A stretch of 64,000 nucleotides of DNA from Candidatus Micrarchaeota archaeon (GTDB taxonomy: Archaea > Micrarchaeota > Micrarchaeia > Norongarragalinales > Norongarragalinaceae): contig JACPGT010000013.1 in assembly GCA_016188965.1 (NCBI GenBank), forward strand, positions 116,609 through 180,608, read 5' to 3'. Each line of letters begins with the position of its first letter. The stretch's first letter is position 1. The notes below the pieces were generated by a model. It did no database searches, had not been told where the DNA came from, and worked only from the letters and a program-made list of their open reading frames with translations. Below, in pieces: positions 36,792 to 45,005 of the stretch. A program made the position numbers and the translations under genes.

Positions 36792-39700
36792 TTAACCGAT
36801 GTAACCGCCGGAAGGCCCGCCGGATAAGCTGCCTGGTCCGCCCAAGTTGTCTTTGCTGAAGTATCCTTGGGCGCCGTTGCACGAGCCGCCCGTGGCAAAG
36901 GACGCCATCATCGCGTAGGGGCCGAGGGATTTCATCACGGTGTTGGCCACCATGCTCTTGGCTAGATCCTGGGCGGCCGTCTTGGAGAACGGCTGGCAGT
37001 CGGAAGACAAACCGAGGTGGATGACTTGCGTGAATTGCCGGCCTGATGGGAACGACTCGACACACGCAGGCTTGGGTTTGCAAAGGGCGACGCAGCCTTT
37101 GGCCGCCAAAGCCTTGGCGTCGGCAATTTGCTTGTCCAAATCCGCGCCGAAGTCGGCGCCGTATTCCGACGCGACGTCAAGGGCTTTTTGAGTCGCGAGC
37201 TTTTCGGCCTCCAATTTAGCCGCTTCCGCTTCGTAACGGTCGGACGTAGGGCAGGCGAACTGCGACTGCTGGGGCCAGAGGCCGAACGGAATCTCGAAAA
37301 GGGGAGGACGCATGGCGTTGCACTTTTGTTTTGTGGCGGCCAATTGCTGAACGTCCTTGTCATAAGCCAAACGCGTTTGAGTCACGGCTTGTGCAGCGGT
37401 CTTAGCCAACGCAAGCGCGGCGGCGGTTTTAGTCTGCGCCGCGCTTGCAAGGCCGGATGATTCAGCAGCAGCAGCAACGGCCGCAGCGCTTCCTGCATCG
37501 GTCGCAGGAGGATTGGCCGCCTGAAGTGCTTTAAGGGCGGACTGCCGAGAAGTCTCCACTGCACCAATGTCAATCGTGAATTCCGCTTCCAGCTTTTGAG
37601 CGGCGGCAGTTGCAGGCCCGGGCGAAGATGCGGCAGGTGACGGGAGAGCAGTCGTTGACGTTTCTTCAGGTAGATTTGTCTGCGCGATAGCTTCAGATAA
37701 GGCCGTTTTCGCATTGAATAGGTTCAAGCGGGCGGCGCCATCAGCAGTGACGGCTTGCCCATTGGGTGCAATCGCGCCGTCATAGCCAGGAGCACAGCCC
37801 ATTTTGGCGCAGGGGACGCAGACTCCTTCGGTACAGGTGTAGGCCGGCACTTTTGAATTCGTTACACTGGACGACTTTGCGCCCTTGGACGCCGCTTCCG
37901 CAGCGATAGCTACGTTCACTCCGCTTTGAAGCTGTGTGACAGCAGCCTGGAGAGCCGTTCCAGCCTGCTTCAAATCAGCCTTTTCCGCAGCAATCTTCTT
38001 CTGAAGCGTCACGACTTGGTTGCCCAGCGCTTCGCATTGTTGTTTGTAGACGGGGGCTAACGTGAAGATGGCGAGTTTCGTGTCGGGTTTGGTGTGTTCT
38101 TCCGACGCCTGGTTCTGCGAGGGAAGGGCCGGGTTCTTGCCGGTGACGACTTGGTTGCCGGCGGCGTGGAGGAAGCCGCAGAGCAGCAGGCCTTGTCCGC
38201 GGCCGTCGAAGCTCTGTTCGAGTTTCATGGCTTGCGCCGAATAGGTGAACGTGTTGCCGTCGAGGCTTGACGCGGTGACGTGGTACACGCCGGGCAGTCC
38301 GCCGCATCCGGCTCCGACGCGTTGCACGCCCAAGATGTCGAAGGCCTTGTCCGCGCCTTCCGTCAGTTGCATGACGGTGGAAAAGACGAAGGGTTCGCGG
38401 GTGATGGGAGGCGTAGTGGCGAAAGACAAAGAAGAGCCAAAGGACGGAGCAACGGAGTCGGGGCGGTTTTCGAACGATGCCGCAACGCCGTCGGAGTCCG
38501 CGGAGGCGGCCGGAAGAGCCGTCCAGCTGCCGAGGAGCTGGACTTGCACCGAGCGTTGTGATTCTGAATCGGACCACGTGATGGCGGTGACTTGGAAGCG
38601 CAAGCCGTTGCCTTCGTAAAACTCGCCTTGCTGTTTGGAAATCGCGGTCAGCACAGTGCCGGCGGGGGAGCGGATGTCGAAGCCGGCATACGTCGTGCCG
38701 GAGGCTTGCAGGATTTCGGTGAGTTTGATCTGGTTGCCGTTGGCCGCGGTCTTGACGTCGTTGACGTGCAGGGTGACGGGGGTCGAATCCGCGGATGCCG
38801 ACGGAGTCGGCGTGGGAGTGGATGTGGCAGACGGCGTGGGAGTCGGGGTGATGAATGCCGTGGCCCTGGCCGTCGCGGAAGGAGTGGGAGTAACCGACGC
38901 GGTGGCGGAAGGCGACGCGGATGCCGACGGAGTCGGCGTAATGGAAGGAATGGCGGTGGGAACCGGCGTGGGTTGTGCCGAGGGAAGGGCCGTGTCTTGG
39001 CCGCGGCGGAACATGGTGGCGACGGCCGTGTTCTTGGCCGCGGTCTGGAAATGGCGCAATGCCTGCAAGGCGGCCTGGCCCGAACACCATCCTTGCGCGC
39101 AGGACAAATAGTCGGAGGCGGTTTCGACGCGGGGGCCCATGGTGCCGATGCCGTCGAAGTAGGCCGGGGCGTTGTTGTACGTCCATTGGCCGACTTGCGC
39201 GTCGCCGTCGAGCAACGTGAGGGTGCCGGGGCCGGACCAGGAAAAAGCGGCGGCTCCTTGGGCGGCAACGGCGATGGAGCCGGATGCCCCCAGCGGTGTC
39301 AAGGTGCGGGTGCCGGCCTGTTTCTGGTTGATGACGTATAGCAGTTTGGCGGTTTTTTCGCCTTCGTCAAGCGTGGCCGGCGCGGTGTTGATGGAGGTGG
39401 CGGATTGGGCGTTGATGCGGATGGGCAGTTTGATCTGGCTGTTGGGCGCGCAGATGGCAGCCAAAATGAGGTTGGCGTCTCCTTGGGGTAGGATGACTTC
39501 GTTGGCTTTGACGGAAGCCGGGCAATCGGGGCGGTAATCCTTCGCTTCGAACGCCAGCGACGTGCGGCCGAGCTGGTAGCAGCCGGAGTGGGTGGCTTCG
39601 ATGCGCGTCTCGATGGCGCAGGACGGCTCGTCGGTGATGCGCAACGGAACGCTGTCTCGGGGGTAGATGGGGTCGACTTGCAGCGTGATTTCGGTGGCGT

Positions 39701-42206
39701 CGGCCTCGACTTTTCCGGTGGCGGGGTTGTAGTGGATGTTCACGGACGTCGTAAAGGTGCCTGCCGTGGGCAGGACGGTGGGCGTGGCGGGTCCGGGCGT
39801 GGGCGTCGGCGTGCCCTGGAGCGTGCCGCTGATGCCGCGCACGAGGGGTATCTTGTATTCGTACGTGCGGGGGTAGCAAAGCGCGGCCTGCGCGTCGGGC
39901 GGATCACGGGCGGAAAGCAGGCCGCTGTTCGTCTGCGTGGCGAAGTAGAGGGACAATGGCTGGTTGGAGCGGGCGTCGGGTTTGATTTGGAGCAGGAAGG
40001 TGGCGATGCGGACGGCGGGTTGGTTGAAGCGGAGTTCGACCCATTTGTAGCCGTCGGAGTTGGACACCAAATGGGAAGCAAGGTCCTGGCAGTTGGCCGA
40101 AGGGTTGTACGTAGAGCTGCGCAGGACGGCATCCGCGCCGGTGTATTCGGCGATGTAGGCGTCGTCGGACTCCATGTCCGCTTTGCTTCCGACGCGCAGG
40201 TAGATGCTCTGGTTCGTGGCCGACGCCGCGGGCGTGGCGTTCAGTTCGACGACGTATTGCTGGCCGGTCTTAAGCTGGCTGACGCGCTGACCGGACAAAT
40301 CGCGGATCTGTACGAGCCCGACTTGGGCGCCTTGCGTCGCGCTTTGGGGGATGAGTACCGCGGGCAATACGCGGTTTTCGCCGTCCAAAAGCACGAGGTC
40401 GGCCACGAAGGGGACATGTTCGGCTTTGGTCAGGATGACGTGCGTCTGGACCTGGGCGGGAACGTCGGAAAAGCGGGAGGAGCCGTTGGTGTCGGTGGTG
40501 GCGTCGGCAAAGGCCTGGCCTTGGCTGTCCACGTGTACGGAGACGGACGCAAGTGCCGCATTGTCCAGAGCGGAGACGGCGCTGACGCGCAAGGCGGCGC
40601 GGTGGATGGTCAACTGCAGCCGCAGACGGCTTCCGCCTTGTTCGATGCTGACGCGGGCCGTCGCGTTCTGTCCGGCATGCTCGGCCAGCACGTCGTAGGC
40701 CGAGAGGGAAAGCTCGCTAAAGACGGCCGAGCCGGAAAAGTCCGTGGATTGGGCAGGGGAGGCCAAGCGGCCGTTCTGGAAGAGCGTGACGCGGGCACCG
40801 GAGAGCGCGGCGCCGTACTCGTCCTGTACGGCGACGGTGAGGGCGGCCGAGTTGAAGGCCGTGGCCTTTTCCAAGGTGAAGACGTTGTCTTTGCCGGCCT
40901 GCAAGTCGGCCGTCTTGGACAGGTAGCCGTCGGAGTCAAGATAGACGTAGTACGCGCCGGGCTGCACCTGCAGTTCCCAACGCTCGCCTTCATACGTGGC
41001 CAGTTCGATCAAGGGAGCTTTGATGATGCGCGCAGAGAACGGAAGCGGGTTGCCTTGCACGTCCTGGGCGCGGATGACGGTGTCCAATGCGTTGCCACCA
41101 CCGGAGCCGCCGGACGCGTCCAGCGTGATGAGGATTTGGGTGTCTTCCGTCACGGTCTGGGGGCGCGACGAGCCGTCGTAGAGGGGAAAGTTGGCGACTT
41201 GCGCGGTGACGAACACGCTGGAGCCCATTTCGGCGGAAAACGCGGCTGCACCGGCAACGGTGTCGCTTTCACCCAAGAGCGTGCCGCCCGCGCCATAGAG
41301 ACGGACGTGGCCTTCCAAAGGCCCAGCGCTGGAAGACAGTTGGATGGTGACTGCGCCGAACGTGGCCAGCTGGGTCGAATTGCCGTCGCCGCCGCCCGCG
41401 CCGTTGCCGCCGGAACCGGAGCCGTCGCCCGAACCCCCCGAGCCGACGTCACCGCCGCCGAAGAAGGACCCGCTTAAGGACTTCAGAAAGACCGTGGTCT
41501 GTCCGCCGTCGCGCACGGCCAGCGTCTCGGTCTTGTAACCTTCCTTGCTGACGCGGATGTTCGTCAAAGCCGCTTTGGGCAAAACCGCGCGCCCTTGTTC
41601 GTCCGTGGCCTTCGTTCCGCTGCCGTCCTCCGACACGTACAACACTTGGGCCGCCGTCACGGGTTGTTCCGACCCGGCATCCAGCACCACGACGGTCAGC
41701 ACGTTGTAGTCGACGGAGCCGGGATCCGGCAGGTCCTCCGTGCCCGGCGGCGTGGACTTCAGATCGGCTTTAAGCGTGCTTTGCCCCGCGCTGGCCTTGA
41801 GCGTCAACGTCTTGAAGCCGGACTTGCTGACGCGCACCGTCAAGGCGGAGCCAGGCAGGCCGTCGAACGTGATTTTTCCTGCCTTCGTCTTGCCTTGGGC
41901 GATGATGGAGTCTTGGAAGAGGATTTGCACGTCGGCGCCGTCCACGGCCTGCCCCGCGGACTGGACCGTGATGGAAAGACTACGCGTGCCGCCGTCGGCC
42001 TGCGACGTCAACAGCACAAGCGCGCCGCCGACAAGGGCCACGAAGAGGAGGATAAAGACGGGAAGCGACGGGATGCCGCGGGCCTCGATGGGCGTGACGA
42101 AGAAATCCATGAAGGGCACGCCGGCGGTCTGTAGGCCTTCGGCAAAGCCGTAGTACGCCTCCTCGATGGAATCGTAGACGGCCTTGAGGGAATCGAAAAT
42201 ACCCAT
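36792..42206 (-). CDS. Giant membrane-anchored surface protein (1804 aa), paralogue
   Basis: MGIFDSLKAVYDSIEEAYY..GIPSLP + TM; Ig-like repeats; Thr/Pro linkers; Ala-rich coiled-coil and Cys C-terminus. Confidence 0.92.
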   Translation of the reverse strand: MGIFDSLKAVYDSIEEAYYGFAEGLQTAGVPFMDFFVTPIEARGIPSLPVFILLFVALVGGALVLLTSQADGGTRSLSITVQSAGQAVDGADVQILFQDSIIAQGKTKAGKITFDGLPGSALTVRVSKSGFKTLTLKASAGQSTLKADLKSTPPGTEDLPDPGSVDYNVLTVVVLDAGSEQPVTAAQVLYVSEDGSGTKATDEQGRAVLPKAALTNIRVSKEGYKTETLAVRDGGQTTVFLKSLSGSFFGGGDVGSGGSGDGSGSGGNGAGGGDGNSTQLATFGAVTIQLSSSAGPLEGHVRLYGAGGTLLGESDTVAGAAAFSAEMGSSVFVTAQVANFPLYDGSSRPQTVTEDTQILITLDASGGSGGGNALDTVIRAQDVQGNPLPFSARIIKAPLIELATYEGERWELQVQPGAYYVYLDSDGYLSKTADLQAGKDNVFTLEKATAFNSAALTVAVQDEYGAALSGARVTLFQNGRLASPAQSTDFSGSAVFSELSLSAYDVLAEHAGQNATARVSIEQGGSRLRLQLTIHRAALRVSAVSALDNAALASVSVHVDSQGQAFADATTDTNGSSRFSDVPAQVQTHVILTKAEHVPFVADLVLLDGENRVLPAVLIPQSATQGAQVGLVQIRDLSGQRVSQLKTGQQYVVELNATPAASATNQSIYLRVGSKADMESDDAYIAEYTGADAVLRSSTYNPSANCQDLASHLVSNSDGYKWVELRFNQPAVRIATFLLQIKPDARSNQPLSLYFATQTNSGLLSARDPPDAQAALCYPRTYEYKIPLVRGISGTLQGTPTPTPGPATPTVLPTAGTFTTSVNIHYNPATGKVEADATEITLQVDPIYPRDSVPLRITDEPSCAIETRIEATHSGCYQLGRTSLAFEAKDYRPDCPASVKANEVILPQGDANLILAAICAPNSQIKLPIRINAQSATSINTAPATLDEGEKTAKLLYVINQKQAGTRTLTPLGASGSIAVAAQGAAAFSWSGPGTLTLLDGDAQVGQWTYNNAPAYFDGIGTMGPRVETASDYLSCAQGWCSGQAALQALRHFQTAAKNTAVATMFRRGQDTALPSAQPTPVPTAIPSITPTPSASASPSATASVTPTPSATARATAFITPTPTPSATSTPTPTPSASADSTPVTLHVNDVKTAANGNQIKLTEILQASGTTYAGFDIRSPAGTVLTAISKQQGEFYEGNGLRFQVTAITWSDSESQRSVQVQLLGSWTALPAASADSDGVAASFENRPDSVAPSFGSSLSFATTPPITREPFVFSTVMQLTEGADKAFDILGVQRVGAGCGGLPGVYHVTASSLDGNTFTYSAQAMKLEQSFDGRGQGLLLCGFLHAAGNQVVTGKNPALPSQNQASEEHTKPDTKLAIFTLAPVYKQQCEALGNQVVTLQKKIAAEKADLKQAGTALQAAVTQLQSGVNVAIAAEAASKGAKSSSVTNSKVPAYTCTEGVCVPCAKMGCAPGYDGAIAPNGQAVTADGAARLNLFNAKTALSEAIAQTNLPEETSTTALPSPAASSPGPATAAAQKLEAEFTIDIGAVETSRQSALKALQAANPPATDAGSAAAVAAAAESSGLASAAQTKTAAALALAKTAAQAVTQTRLAYDKDVQQLAATKQKCNAMRPPLFEIPFGLWPQQSQFACPTSDRYEAEAAKLEAEKLATQKALDVASEYGADFGADLDKQIADAKALAAKGCVALCKPKPACVESFPSGRQFTQVIHLGLSSDCQPFSKTAAQDLAKSMVANTVMKSLGPYAMMASFATGGSCNGAQGYFSKDNLGGPGSLSGGPSGGYIG

Positions 42207-42538
42207 GCAGAAGGGACGAGGAGGCCGGATAAAAAGGTTTAGACGGCAGGAGAAGCGGAAAAACCGGGAAAAGCAAAAAGAAGGGAGAGAAAAAGAAAAA
42301 CCGGGAAAAGAAATACGGAAAAAAAAACCGAAGGAAAAAGTGGTTGAGAAAAAAAGAAAGCCGCATCAGATGAAGAAAGACGGTAAAAGAAAACGAGAAA
42401 AAAAGAAGGGAAGAAAAAAAGTGAAAACAAAGAAAAAGAGGAAGGAAAAAACCGGAAAAAATATGAAACCTGGGAGAACCGGCACCGGAAAATAGGGGAA
42501 AAAAGGAAGAGCGCGGCGGCGTTTGAAAGTGAAGCCGC

Positions 42539-43204
42539 CTATGCCGTGTATTCTTCCTCGAACTTGACGGACGTGACGCCATCCAGCACGGAAAACGCCT
42601 GTTCGATGAAGCGGAATTTCTTCAGCACCACGTCGGCCGCCATGTCCCGCTTGAGGGCCAGTTTGACCGACACGGAACCGTCCTTGAACGACGCCTCCGC
42701 CGACAACAACTTCCGCCCCAAGGCTTGGGCCTTGTCCTCGGCGGACCGGTACACCTTCTTCACCGTGAAATCGTACTGCACCGTCTTGCCGGCCAAGTCG
42801 GAATTGAAGTCGACGCGCACGCGGCCGCCATCCACGCTCTGCACTTTCGCCGGCCGGCCATCCATCTCCAACACCAAGCCGGGATAAGGATCGATCTTCT
42901 GTTCGCGGAACGCCGCCAGCGGCACCAAACGCACCAAATCCGGATTGCGGTTGCCGAAAGCCTTCTCCGGCGGCAGCTTGACGCTCTGCGCTTTTCCTTC
43001 CTCGGCACCCTGCAACGCATCATCCAAGCCTGGAATGACTTGGCCCTTGCCCACGGCGACCAGAACGGGGCCGTACGCGGCTTTCTCGTTGAAGATGCCG
43101 GCGGTCTTCGCCGCATCCGCCGACGTCGTGTCGAACAATTGGCCCTCGGCCTTCGCCGAGTACTCCAATTCGACCAAATCATTCTTCGAAACGTTCAAAG
43201 CCAT
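42539..43204 (-). CDS. slyD: Long-type archaeal FKBP peptidyl-prolyl isomerase (SlyD/MtfK-like)
   Basis: LFDTT, VGKGQVIPGLD, PPEKAFG, VRVDFNSDLAGKT; AGGTGG SD. Confidence 0.92.
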   Translation of the reverse strand: MALNVSKNDLVELEYSAKAEGQLFDTTSADAAKTAGIFNEKAAYGPVLVAVGKGQVIPGLDDALQGAEEGKAQSVKLPPEKAFGNRNPDLVRLVPLAAFREQKIDPYPGLVLEMDGRPAKVQSVDGGRVRVDFNSDLAGKTVQYDFTVKKVYRSAEDKAQALGRKLLSAEASFKDGSVSVKLALKRDMAADVVLKKFRFIEQAFSVLDGVTSVKFEEEYTA

Positions 43205-43227
43205 AGTATTCAAACCACCTGGAAAAA

Positions 43228-43962
43228 TCATTGGGAAGCGTTCGAACCGGACGCGACGGGCGAAGCAGACGCCGAAGCGTTGCCGGCCGACGCGTTGACC
43301 GAAGGCTCCGGCGACGCGGACGCACCCGCCGCAGGCGACGCCGTGCCCCCCCACGCGGACAGGACGTCCGATTCGAGCTGTTGGGCCGTGACGGACACGA
43401 ACTGGTTGTCCTGCACCACGACGGTGACGGACAGCTCCGCCTCGTCGCCCACGTCCAGCGAAGGCGAGACGAACGCCTGAAAACCCGCAAAGCCCTGATT
43501 CGAGAAATACGCGTCCAACTGGCGCGCCGACACGTCCTGCGAACCGGTCGACGTGTTCAACTCCAACTGCGCCGGAATCAAGTCCATGCCAGCCGAGCGG
43601 AACAGCGGCGCCTGGCAGGCGTCCGCCACACGCGATTCGACGAAGTCCAACGAAGCGTTCTTTTCGAACTGGATGGCCAACACGTCCGGCGAGGCGAACA
43701 AGGCATTGCGCACGCCCGGATAGGTCCGCAGTTCCTCATCCAACTTCGTGGCCGCACCGCACACCGCCAAACCGGCGTAACCCAGCTGAAGCACCTTGCC
43801 GCGCACCTGCGCGGTTCCCGAGAACGACAACGGCGTCGGACTCGGCCCGCCGTCGGCATCCGACGAACGCGCGGTGGAAAGGCCCAAAAAGACCGTCTCA
43901 CCCACGAAGACGACGATCAACAACAACGCGCCGTACTTGAGCAACTGATCGCGAGAAACCAT
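43228..43962 (-). CDS. Membrane-anchored hypothetical protein
   Basis: N-terminal TM (YGALLLIVVFVG) and a Ser/Ala/Pro tail. Confidence 0.75.
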   Translation of the reverse strand: MVSRDQLLKYGALLLIVVFVGETVFLGLSTARSSDADGGPSPTPLSFSGTAQVRGKVLQLGYAGLAVCGAATKLDEELRTYPGVRNALFASPDVLAIQFEKNASLDFVESRVADACQAPLFRSAGMDLIPAQLELNTSTGSQDVSARQLDAYFSNQGFAGFQAFVSPSLDVGDEAELSVTVVVQDNQFVSVTAQQLESDVLSAWGGTASPAAGASASPEPSVNASAGNASASASPVASGSNASQ

Positions 43963-44177
43963 GATTCGTTCACAACCACAACGCCAGCCTCGGTCCATCC
44001 GGACAGCCGGGCGGACAAACGGCGGACTAAAGACTACATGACCCAGAAAGCCGGCGCATTAAAAGGCGGCAGAAAAGGGAATCGATACGCAAGACTCTGG
44101 AAAAAAACCTATAAAAAGACTCGTCTGGTCCTTCGGAAACGCCCGAAGAACCGTCATCCGCAAAAAAACGGTGCCGT

Positions 44178-44846
44178 TCAATTGGGACAGGCATCCGCCA
44201 ACGTCAGCATGACGCTGGGACCCAAGGTCCGGCGGTACTGCGCACTGCCATTGATATGCGTATAATCCAACAACGTCAATTCCACGTCGTAACGCGCATT
44301 GAAGCACTTCATCGTCAACGCGTACTTGTAATACGGACCCGTCTCGCCTTCGGTAAGCGACACGCGTTTTTCCGTGCCATTGGCGCCAACCACCGTGCGA
44401 ACCGTGTCGAACGCGCCGAACGCGTTTCCTTTGGACGGCCGGATGAAAATAGTGTACTGGTACGCCGCCTGGGTGTCATCCACCACCCACACGTTCTCCG
44501 CACTCTCATACGCCTTGCGCGAATCGTTGAACGCCGCATTCACCGCCACGTTGAACTCCGCCGCGAACTTTGCCAACGTAGGCACGCCGGCAGGCGCGGC
44601 GGTCGACACAGGCTTAGCCGAAGGCAACGTCGTCGGCTTGGCCGACGCGATGTACGGGATGCGGGCCGTCGGACTGGCTGACGCTGCAGCCGAAGGCGAT
44701 GCGGCCGCCACCGTCACGGACGGACTAGGCGACGCCGCGACCGAAGGCAACGCCGTAGGCGACGCCAACGGCGCGGAAGGCTGCGTACAACCGGCCAACA
44801 ATAAGCCGAACACTACCAAACCGTAAACCAGATTCTTGAAATCCAT
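44178..44846 (-). CDS. Predicted lipoprotein
   Basis: Signal peptide with lipobox LLAGC followed by a Ser/Pro/Ala linker. Confidence 0.8.
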   Translation of the reverse strand: MDFKNLVYGLVVFGLLLAGCTQPSAPLASPTALPSVAASPSPSVTVAAASPSAAASASPTARIPYIASAKPTTLPSAKPVSTAAPAGVPTLAKFAAEFNVAVNAAFNDSRKAYESAENVWVVDDTQAAYQYTIFIRPSKGNAFGAFDTVRTVVGANGTEKRVSLTEGETGPYYKYALTMKCFNARYDVELTLLDYTHINGSAQYRRTLGPSVMLTLADACPN

Positions 44847-44949
44847 GACCAGAAAACACCCACTATAATGACTCCGAACAAAGATAAAAACCGAACGCCC
44901 CGCCCGCGACGCCGGCCCGAGCTGGCGCTGAAAAAAACAAACGGGAAAG

Positions 44950-45000
44950 AAAAAGGGAAAAAAGAAAAAAGGGAAAAGGGGTCTTTCGACCCCCTTTTTC
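44950..45000 (-). terminator. Hairpin + oligo(T) terminator of the S-layer gene
   Basis: Minus strand GGGGTC-GAAA-GACCCC followed by TTTTCCCTTTTTT, just after the stop codon. Confidence 0.75.
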
Positions 45001-45005
45001 AGAGC

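Noticed and set aside
38790-38975. TPTPSA-type repeats as a functional DNA repeat array
   Set aside because: Ordinary Thr/Pro/Ser linker of a surface protein.
41980-42582. Lys-rich and Phe-rich ORFs here and at 49935-50312
   Set aside because: Translations of A/T-tract intergenic DNA.
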